Source: Eledone cirrhosa
Taxonomy: Eukaryota
Assembly: GCA_964016885.1 (NCBI GenBank)
Contig: OZ024746.1
Span: 60,140,001-60,204,000 of the forward strand
DNA length: 64,000 nt
Reading direction: 5' to 3'
The translations under genes and the position numbers were made by a program. Under the pieces are notes generated by a model. That model had not been told where the DNA came from. It worked only from the letters and a program-made list of their open reading frames with translations, and did no database searches. Shown piece by piece: positions 53,981-64,000 of the stretch; positions within the stretch are counted from its first letter, which is position 1; each line of letters starts with the position of its first letter.

Positions 53981-55265
53981 CAGGGTGCAGATGTTATTTG
54001 TTCGCAAGATTACTGTCTAGGAAAAAATAACACAGTAGTTTTATTTTTTAAGATATATTTATCAAACTTGGGTCAGTTTGTCTTCATGACTTGTTCTTTC
54101 GATCTCACTCAATAAACCCGCCATTGGCTTTGATGACGGCCTCGAGGCGGCCTCGGAACTGGCTACAGGCCTTTGTCACTGTCCTCTGACTTAGGCCCCT
54201 AAAGGCACTTGTGATCCTGGCCTTTCGTATTGCAGCTAGATCTGTTGGTGTCTCATTCCACTGCGCCCCACACAAAGAAGTCGAAGGGGTTGCAGTCAGG
54301 CGAGCTGGGAAGCCAGATGTCAGGTGAAGTGTGGTCGATGAAGTTCTCTGACAGCCAGGCTTGGGTCTTTCGACTGGTATGGCAGGGCGCTGAGTCTTGC
54401 TGCCACACGTACGGCCTACCTGCAGCTACCTGGTCGATCCAGGGCTTTACTACCTCACTCAGAACATGGATGTAGCCATCGGTGTTCAGCTTGAGGCCCT
54501 CAGGGAAGAAGTGAGGTGGCATGACGTCACCTTGACTGCTGACGACACCTAAGACCAATGTTGTCCCTGGAAACGTTGTCTCTGGGCACGTCTTTGGATG
54601 AGACAGCGAGCCACCTGTTGTTCTGGGAGTTGATCTTCTGGTCTTGGCAGAAGTTTTTCTCGTCGGAGAAAAACCACAGCATGTCTGGCTCCAGTGGGTG
54701 TTTCAACTTGTTGATCAGCTTCTTTGCGTGCTTCAGTCACTTTTCTTGCATCGCTTTTGAGAGAAATTGTCTTTTCCTCATTTTGTATGAAACATAGCAA
54801 ATGTCTTCATGTACCACCAGCCTAATGAGCTTTGCATCCACGCTTTTCTCCCTTGCAATGGTACGCATCAAATTGCTAGGTTCATTGTTGATGATATCCT
54901 GAACTTCAGCGACAAACTCGGGCGTTCTGAAGGCGTCAGATCGTCGATCATGTGTTTTCTCTCTGATGTTGCTTCGTAGTCATATCCTGATTCTTCCAAT
55001 TCCTTTCTGACCTTTTCCACCATTCTCCTGCTGACGCTGAGAAAGTCTGAAATTTCCTTATTTGTCCTCCCCGCGCGGATTCCAAGAAAAACTCTGTCTC
55101 TTCCACAAATTTGGAGGTTCAAAATTATTCATAATCAATTATTCTGAAAATAAATAATGGAAATATAGTCACTGTTTTTATGAAGACAAGAGTGATAACG
55201 GAAGTAAAAAAAATTTACATAAAATTAGCAGTTGAAAATTGCGAACAAATATCGTCCACACCCTG
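53981..55265 (-). mobile_element. Full-length Tc1/mariner transposon, DD37D (maT) family
   Basis: TIRs cagggtgcagatgttatttgttcgcaa / ttgcgaacaaatatcgtccacaccctg, TA on both sides, 1285 bp. Confidence 0.92.
54104..55122 (-). pseudogene. DD37D transposase (frameshifts and stops)
   Basis: N-terminal HTH (GRTNKEISDFLSVSRRMVEKV), FFSDEK motif, WQQDSAPCH...SPDCNPFDFFVWG with 37 residues between the second and third Asp. Confidence 0.9.
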
Positions 55266-55651
55266 TATATATGTTATATCCAAAGTTGGTAGAGCACTCA
55301 GTACAAAGGACGAGCTTGGTATAGAGTTTGTTCCCAACAACAAATTAGGAAACCATATTCAAGAACACATGTTTCACCAGAAGGATTTTCAATTTCATCA
55401 AGTTGTGTCTTTCTCTTTCCCAATCTTCTCGTTCTCCATTCACACATAGTCTGTTTGTCTGTCTGTCTGTCTCCCTCTCTATATATATATGGCAGCGGTA
55501 CTAGTTGTGGTGATGGTAATTATGATGATAATGGGGAGGAGCCGTAAGAGATGGAGCTATGCCCAATACTGATATGGTTGGAGAAAAGCCACACAAGAGT
55601 TCTGGACACATTTCATTGCCAGATAGAGTGTAGTACATGTAATACTTGTAA

Positions 55652-56230
55652 TAATGATGATGGTGGTGGTAGTAGTGGTGGAGGTAGTGGTAATGATGGT
55701 GGTGATGGTGGTGGAGGTAGTGGTAATGATGGTGGTGGTAGTAGTGGTGGAGGTAGTGGTAATGGTGGTAGTGGTAAAGGTGGTAGTGGTAATGATAGTG
55801 GTGATGGTGGTGGAGGTAGTGGTAATGATGGTGGTGATGGTGGTGGAGGTAGTGGTAATGATGGTAGTGGTAGTAGTGGTAGAGGTAGTAGTAATGATGG
55901 TGGTGATGGTGGTGGAGGTAGAAGTAATGATGATGATGGTGGTGGTAGTAGTGGGGGTGGTAGTAGTGGTAATGATGGTGGTGATGGTGGTAGTAGTGGT
56001 GGTGGAGGTAGTGATAATGATGGTGATGGTGGTGGTGGTAGTAGTGGTGGGGATAGTGGTAATGATGGTGGTAATGGTGGTAGTAGTAAGGATGATGGTG
56101 ATGATGATGGGAGTAGTAGCGGTGGAGGTAGTAGTAATAATGATGATGGTGGTGGAGGTAGTGGTCATGATGGTGGTGATGGTGGTAATGGTAAGGAGGA
56201 TGATGATGGTGGTGGTAGTAATGATGATTA
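55652..56230. repeat. Compound (GGT/GAT/AGT)n low-complexity tract
   Basis: Trinucleotide mosaic that opens ORFs in several frames. Confidence 0.85.
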
Positions 56231-56533
56231 AAGGTGGGGATGGGGAGGTAGTGGTCGTGATGATGATGCTTGTATTGAATATAGTGGTAATAATGTCCAA
56301 CCCTTGCCAGCAGGGGAAAAAAACGGACATTAAATGGTGGTGATGATGATGATGATGAAATGAATGCTGACCTGGACAGAACAACTGTAACAGATGCAGT
56401 TGTTCAACTCTGCCAAATTAATGTTAATTGATTTGAATGCAGTAATGGATTCAATAGGTGCATCATTTCTTTAACTGCAGTACATGCATCAAGCTAATTA
56501 CATACATACTCAACCCTGCATACCCTCACACAT

Positions 56534-56575
<42 letters not shown>

Positions 56576-56652
56576 GCATATTTACACATGCACGCGTGCA
56601 CATATATGTGTTTGTGTATGTGAATATATATATACACATATATATTTCATAC

Positions 56653-56840
56653 ATGAAAGAGTCGGGACCCCGACAGCTGAGCTCCTGCCATTTCAACAGC
56701 TAGTTCAGAACTACCTATTGAAACGGTAGGAGCTCAGCCGTCGGGGTCCCGACTCATTCATATTACCACACTCTACTACCCCAAGTATCAAGTACTCTGG
56801 TGAGTAATGGTCTAACAGGTTTTTACTGCATCTATTCTGA
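56653..56840. mobile_element. Hairpin insertion, subfamily H1b (other copies 58523-58689 and 15975-16100)
   Basis: Arms atgaaagagtcgggaccccgac.../...gtcggggtcccgactcattcat; tail homologous to H1 (ctctactacccc/taagtat...gtactctggtg). Confidence 0.75.
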
Positions 56841-56849
56841 TATATATAT

Positions 56850-57054
56850 AACGAAGGAGGTGTGGTAAGGAACCAGATGGACCATAACGCACCAGAGTAC
56901 TCAATACTTAGGGTAGTAGAGTGGGTAATAGGAAAATGTTTGACCCCGACGGCAGAGTTCAAGCCGTTTCGACGGCTATTTCTGGACTCAGTGGTAATGA
57001 TGGTGGTAATGGTAGAAACGGCTTGAGCTCTGCCATCGGGGTCAAACATTTTCA
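56850..57054. mobile_element. Hairpin insertion, family H1
   Basis: Tail, arm and inverted arm; the apex contains extraneous gtggtaatgatggtggtaatggta. Confidence 0.8.
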
Positions 57055-58479
57055 TATATATATATATATATATATATTCAACTTGGTATCATTACTACAT
57101 ATTTTCTTATTTTCATTTCTTACTGTAGGTTCAATAAATGATTTCACCTGAAATGTTAGATCCCTTCTTCCCTTTCTATTTGGTATAAATATTTCTGCTA
57201 TACACACATTGTTCTTATATTACAACCACAGGACTTCTTTTCCTCACAATTCTTTTCACTCTTTGTTTATCTGTGCTCAATCTTTATGTTATACACACAC
57301 ACATATATATATATAGTTATCATCATCATCACCGTTTAAGGTCCATTTTTCCATGCTAGCATATATTAGATGAATTTCCCCCTTGTGGGACAAACCAGAT
57401 CAGGTGACCATGACTTGCTCATACAGAACTGATTTTGGTTTGGTTTCTATGACTGAATGCTATTCCTAATGCCAACCATATTAACAGTGTGTACTGGGTG
57501 CTTTTTGGCCTTACACCTATACAACCGCTTTACAATGTGGGCTGTCTGCTTTTTATTGTAACACCTACATGACCCCTTTACAGTGTGGACTGGACACTTT
57601 TTGTCGTGCCACCTACACAACTACTTTACAATGTGGGCTGTGTGCTTTTCATTGTGACACCTACACGACCACTTTACAGTGTGGGTCGGGTGCTTTTTGT
57701 CATGTCACCTACATGACTACTTTACTGTGTGGGCTGGGCGCTTTTAGTTGTGTTGCCATCATGACCATTTTACAGTGTGGTTTTGGAACTTTAGTGGGGG
57801 AAGTGTGGGGATTGGGGAGGTAGATATGGGGCATGTGTGAGGGACAGTGTTAGGACGCGGGCAGTATATGGAAGAAGGATGGAGGTGAAGATGGTGCATA
57901 CAAGATGTATGCTTCAGCTTGTGCTCGTGGAAAGGCAGGTCTTCTGTATTACTGCATAATGCCAGAGATCTCAGTCCTGTATCATCACATTTGAGAGCAA
58001 TTGTGTAAGGTCAGCTTTTATCACCTCATCCCAAGTCTACTTAGGTCTTCCTACTCCATAGCTTCCATCAGTTTTGAGCTCTCTGTACCTTTTTATACAG
58101 CTGTCATCATATGTCCATACCAACACAATCTCCTCTCCTGCACACTGCATCTGATCCTTCTTATGCCCAGTTTCTCTCTTAGTTCATTAATGCTTTACCC
58201 TTCATGTATATTACTAATACACATCCATCAAAGCATGCAAGCTTCATTTCTTTCCAATTTTCATAGGTCCTATGCTCACAGCACCCAGGCCTAATATATA
58301 ACAAATCGATCTGTGTGACTGTCCACTGTTGATGCTGATGTCAGCCATGAAAAATTATGTATCATGTGGCAGTAGAATGAGGTGAGAAATCAAGCTGCAT
58401 CAGTCTGGGTTCAAATAGATAATGTCATAACCAATATGTAATGTTCACATTTATAAGTAATTCACTACCTGGTTACCGA

Positions 58480-58523
<44 letters not shown>

Positions 58524-58983
58524 CAAAGAAGGTGTGGTAAGATACCAGGTGGATCATAATGCACCAGAGTACTCAATACTTAGTGTAGTAGAATGGGTAA
58601 TATGAAAAGAGTCAGGACTCCGACGCCTTGTTTGGATCTAGCTGTCAAAATGGCTGGAGCTCAGCCATCGGGGTCCTGACTCTTTTCACATATATATATT
58701 CATCATCATCATCATCATTTAACATCTATCTTCCACACTAGCATGGGTTTAGATGGGAATTATCCCACTTGAGGCAAGATTGGTTGTCTCACTCGTATGG
58801 GACTGTCTGGCGGGTTTTCTATGGCTGGATGCCCTTCCTAACACCAACCACGTTTACAGTGTGGACTGGGAGGTTTTTACCGTGCTACCTACACGGCCAC
58901 ATTGGACTGTGTTTTTTTGTCATGACACCTACACGACCTCATTTTTTTAGGACTGGATATATATATATATATATACATATACA

Positions 58984-59628
58984 CAGCGAACCTCTGGTAT
59001 TTGCGGTCCTGACATTCGCAGCCCCAGTTATTCACAGAATTTATTTTAGAACCTAACTAATAATTGTTCTTGGAAACCACCGCATATTCACGGAATTGTA
59101 AATATCTTCTGCCATTTTTTAATGGCATTTTTCGTGGCAATATATATTTTTAACACTAAATTATTAATAACAATATACCATATTTGCTGGAGAACTACAC
59201 TATTTAGATAATTTAGATAATTTATTAATACTACACTATTTAGATAATTTATTAATATATCTTATCCTTTCATTGAGATGTCTACTTATTAGAGACAACT
59301 TTATAAATTAATATTAACTGCTCCATCATTGTTGAGCAGATTTAGACGGTTTTGGCTGCTATTTCCAGCGTCAATATAAGCCCGCTATATTGTCCTAATA
59401 CATTGAGAGGAATATATTCATATAGTAATTTAGTGACGCAACACATTGGACACCATGTGGTTCAGCAACAAGATAGTATGCATAAGATGCTCCCTCTTTT
59501 ATTTTTATATTTTACTCTATATTTTGACCTTTATAGGCATTTTTATGGACCATGTTCAATATTCACAGTTTTTCACTCTTCGTGGGTGCTCTAGGAACAT
59601 AACCCCCATGAATACTGGGGGACTACTG
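58984..59628. mobile_element. Tigger-like non-autonomous DNA transposon
   Basis: Imperfect TIRs cagcgaacctctggtatttgcgg / ccatgaatactgggggactactg-TA; AT-rich interior. Confidence 0.55.
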
Positions 59629-59635
59629 TATATAT

Positions 59636-60520
59636 ATCATCATGTTCCCACAACTGGTGCAGCCAGCCATTGGGGTACCACTCTAGATACTTTTGAAGTC
59701 AGTCATCAACATTGGTCTCTATTCTCCATCATGTGTAGAAGGGTCTCTGTGTGTGACCTGTCCAGTCTTCAATGCTGTCAGACCAGGATTTTCTTTGTCT
59801 GCCTCTTTTTTGCCTTCCCTTGACTATGCCCTGAAGGATGGTTTGAGCCAAGGAGTTGAGGTGAGATACATGACCATATCAGGCAAACATATTTGTTAAC
59901 TTGCTGCCTGATAAAGCTGTTTGTTTTGTGCTCCATGTATGGGATGTTTAGCAACTATCTGAAGCACTTGCGCTCAAATGACTGAATTCTTTATTCCATA
60001 CAAAAGGATCAAAGTCACCAAAGACTTGTATAGTTTGAGCTTCATTGGAAAACAGAAGGAGTTGCTTTTTTATATGACATTCAGCTTTACCATGGCAAGT
60101 TGTCAGTATCTCCTTTTGAGATCTGCACTCTTTGGTCAGAATTGATCCCAGGTACTTGAAGATGTTCACTTCTTCAAGTCTTCCACTGTTCAGCATGATG
60201 CTGGTTGCTATATTCTTATTATTACTATTAACCAGAATCTTGCTCTTCTCTGAGCTGATCTCCATTCAGTATGGTCCTGATACTTTCTCAAGTCTGGTAG
60301 TGAGCTCCTGGGGTTCTGCTTCACTGCTTCCTGACAGGTCAATGTCATCAACAAATCACAAGTTGGAAATGGGCCATCCTCCAGAAGTCATAGATATGGA
60401 AGTCTTGGAGTGTCTTTTGCATAATGTTTTCCCGGAAGATGTTGAAAAGCACTGGAGAAAGGAGTCACCCATGTCAAACTCCCACTGTTGTCCTGAAGAA
60501 TTCTCCAATGTTGTTTGTTA
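59636..60520 (-). mobile_element. RTE-like LINE 3' fragment (third family)
   Basis: Minus strand: GDSFLQCFSTSS (decayed QG..LSP.LFN), FVDDIDL, MEISSEKSKILVN, LEEVNIFKYLGS. Confidence 0.75.
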
Positions 60521-60899
60521 TTCAAGAGAACTACACTATTTAGATAATTTATTAATATATCTTATCCTTTCATTGAGATGTCTACTTATTAGAGACAACT
60601 TTATAAATTAATATTAACTGCTCCATCATTGTTGAGCAGATTTAGACGGTTTTGGCTGCTGTTTCCAGCGTCAATATAAGCCCGCTATATTGTCCTAATA
60701 CATTGAGTGGAATATATTCATATAGTAATTTAGTGACGCAACACATTGGACACCATGTGGTTCAGCAACAAGATAGTATGTAAGATATGTATTCAACTTC
60801 TCTTATTCCAAAGAATTCTAACATTGTTTGAAGTAGATCCAGCTGGATTCCTTGAACCAGAGAGTAGGATATATTTTCTGTGGAGTCACTATTGCATAA

Positions 60900-61244
60900 G
60901 GCTGTATTATAGTACAGGGCTGCCCTATCAAAGATGTGGGCATGTCAGAGAGTCGTTTCAAAAACCGTTTCCGTAATCATGAAATGACCTTCAGATACCT
61001 AAATAAAAGGAATACCACAAATATGTCAACTCAAAGACAGGAACATAGCCTTCTCCATGAAATGGAAGATACTGGAACAATCTTGACCATATGTAAATGG
61101 GTTCAAAATTGCAAATTATGGAACGATGAAAGATGGTGGATAGTCAATAATCTGCACAACAATAATGGACTGTTGAATATGGACCTGGAGTTCTTCTCAC
61201 ACTGTCCCAACACCACAAAACATCTAAACAATTGGCCTCTTTAA
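60900..61244 (+). pseudogene. Decayed GIY-YIG endonuclease of a second PLE lineage
   Basis: GMSESRFKNRFRNHEMTF...T.MS; other frame WKILEQS.PY; CKL..DERWWI...LLN...EFFSHC. Matches the FK.R..NH..F / LLN.R.E...C pattern of PLE-type GIY-YIG domains. Confidence 0.6.
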
Positions 61245-64000
61245 CAACTAACTCTAAAGAATAGGTTTTCCTAAATATTTCCTATCCACGTTTTAGCGTT
61301 GAGTTACTTCCCTTTGCCATGAGCTGATCAACATAGCAACTTCAACTGATAGATTTTTCCCCCTTAGACCGAAATATTCCTTTCTATGTTTCTCTCACTA
61401 TCCCCACTCCCTATTGATCGCTTTCCCATCTTCCTCTAACTCTGCTCTTTCTGGTTCATTCCTACCTGCACAAGTTGAAAGAAGTTGGTTCTCCAGGCCA
61501 ACAAAATGTACATTCCTGGTCTGGCTCCATTGTAGTAACTGACCTTAATAATTATACAAAATACATATATGTGTGTGTGTGTGTTTGAATGTGTGTGTGG
61601 GGGAGGTATAAGGGAAGTAACTCTTCGTTGTCAAAGAAAATTTATTTCTATTTACATATATGGTGAGTAATTTCCAACCTGCAATCTTGTCTCCTACTGA
61701 AAAGGTCTGAGAGATTGTGACTTAGGAAACAGTTAAACGATACACATAAGGTCAACGTACATTTTATTCATTTTGCTTTAGAAGGGTTAAATAAACATAA
61801 ACTAGGCGCTACCACTAAAATCAACTAGGCAGCTGCATGAGGTGCATTGCCTTTCATCCTTACGGGGTCGATAAAATAAAGTACCAGTAATGCACTGGTT
61901 AATTGCTGGCCTTGTGCCTAAAGTAGAAACAATTATTGAACCTTAAAAGATCGCAGTTTTATACAAATTTTTATAATGAAATTAAATATATAATATATAA
62001 TAATTTCCTGCGATCAATGAAGAAATCACTAAACATCTCTGACACGTAGCAGAGCTGTTGAAATATCCGAAGTGGTGGAAGGAACCGCATGGCGTTTTTG
62101 ACTTGTCAAATGATTTGGCGTGGATGAGTATTGACTTTGAATTTAAAATACAGGCTTAGTAATGTTCGTCAGTTTATCAAACTGGGAAGTAGATATTTTT
62201 TTTATGTGACGCGTATATGGAAAACAGAAGCACATATTGTAGAGTTAGTCTAGACACCGAGACGCCACCACTCTGTATGTAGCTTATTTGTTCAACAAAA
62301 ACTTATTACTAACAATTCAATTTCTTTTTTCACAGTTCTTGTGATTCCGAGATTTATTTTGTTGCGTAACCCTTGTGCGATTTTCCAAAAATCGTTGAAC
62401 TCACTATCATATTTTATGGACAATTTCCATCACTTTGAATTTTAATACAGCATTAAATGAATCAAAAATTGTATTAGGGAGGTTATTAATTCATGACTAT
62501 GTGGTTTCGAGTTGCACTATGTGGTTTCGGGTTTAGTTTCGTTGCATAGCACCTTGGAGTACTATCGCCTCGAGTTATTAAGTACCTTGCGATTGAAATT
62601 TGGTAGCTGGAAATTGAAGAAATCCATCGTGTATGAATGTGTGCGCGCGCACGACTATTTATACCGAGTAATCTATCGGTTCGACAAAAATAGATAAAAT
62701 AAGTACCAGGCTTAAAAAAAATTAAAGTGTTACCCCGCATGGCCACACTTTAATGGCTAAAACCACGGAAAAAAAAACAATGCAATAATTTTTTCTTAGA
62801 TTTTATTAATAACTACGTTATATCATGGAACTCCAGAATGTTTTCACAGAACCTCCCTGGGAAATCATGAATAATGAAACGTATCGATTTCTAAAACTGG
62901 CACAAGCCACCGAGTTCAGGTAATTAGTCCGACCTCAGAATATAATTGGTAGTTTTTTTACCGACACCGGAAAAACAGAAAATTTAGCTGGACCCGTCCA
63001 AATTTCAATGCAATACGCAAAGGGAGGTAACTAAATATCGCAAGGTGTTTTCGGTTCCTATTCTACTATCCAGCACCGTAAACATTATGTGCGTGTGTTG
63101 GATCACTGTTGTTTCCGCTGTAGAGTGTTCCAGTTGTTCGAATAACGGAAAGCCAGTTTGTAGAATAAGCGTGTAAATGGCTGAGCATTCCACAGACACG
63201 TGCACTCCTATCGATATAATTGTTTCTACTTTAGGCACAAGGCCAGCAATTACCCAGTGCATTACTGGTACTTTATTTTATCGACCCCGTAAGGATGAAA
63301 GGCAAAGTCAACCTCGGCGGGATTTGAACTCAGATCGTAAAGGGACGTAACTATGCTGGAAAGCATGGCGTCCGACCCTCTACCGATACTGCCAATCGAT
63401 ATAATGTCTGGCAGGTACAATTAATTTTTGCCAGCTGAGTGGGCTGGAGCAACATGAAATAAAGTATTTTTCGCAAAGGCACAACGCACCGGTGTGTATT
63501 CAACTTACCGTCGTGAGCCGAACAGCTCTAACCACTAAATCACTCACCTCCACATGACCGTCAACGATAAAAAACAATGACAAGGTGGTCTTTACATGGT
63601 CGTTTACACCTTGCTCCTTTAAAAACAAGGTACATTGGGAAAGTGATGTCCTAGATACACTCTAAGTAAAAGAAGACGGAGATGCCACTGTTGGAACGCC
63701 TTTGATCATAGGCCTGTTCAATCAAATCTATTAGTAAGATAGGCACAAGAGGTGGGGTGAATAGAAGGGACGTAACTCAGTATAACTACTGTTTAGTGTC
63801 TTTCCTCCCCGACTTTTTTTCCTCATAACCTTTTTAGTAATGCATATTTTCCAATGAAATTTTTCTGATATTCACTTTCAAGAATGCAGATTACGATTGT
63901 GTTAGTGTTATATTTTATTTTATTTTCGCAATTCATACTTGTAGAAATGACATTACGTTCCTGTAGAAAATCTATGACATTGCCCTAGCATTCCTTGAAC

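Noticed and set aside
55570-55625. GEKPH zinc-finger linker-like peptide
   Set aside because: No flanking C2H2 residues.
55551-56384. Long Gly/Ser/Asp-, Val/Met- and Thr/Ile-rich ORFs
   Set aside because: Overlapping ORFs in three frames caused by a trinucleotide low-complexity tract; no splice or homology support.
61695-61735. Hammerhead downstream of the second GIY-YIG remnant
   Set aside because: CTGAAAA core and poor helices; too decayed to call.

Overview
AT-rich, microsatellite-dense eukaryotic genomic DNA. The repeat content (tRNA-headed SINEs, abundant RTE LINE fragments, Penelope-like elements) points to a cephalopod, probably Octopus; this is an inference. Almost all long ORFs in the track are microsatellite artefacts. 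The only convincing host coding sequence is a minus-strand signal-peptide-like first exon at 34453-34540. The rest is mobile DNA: RTE and CR1 LINE remnants, SINEs, a full-length decayed DD37D/maT transposon (53981-55265), and Tc1/pogo- and piggyBac-type MITEs. The dominant unusual signal is a recurrent architecture, (TA)n - tail - arm - inverted arm - (TA)n. It is shared by a 2.7 kb Penelope-like RT/GIY-YIG element (5679-8391), about ten 120-450 bp hairpin insertions from several unrelated families, and a U6 snRNA-derived fragment. Many of these carry type I hammerhead ribozyme motifs. In two families the hairpin apex lies in what would be helix II of the ribozyme, suggesting cDNA fold-back self-priming. 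Coordinates were read by eye and may be off by a few bases.
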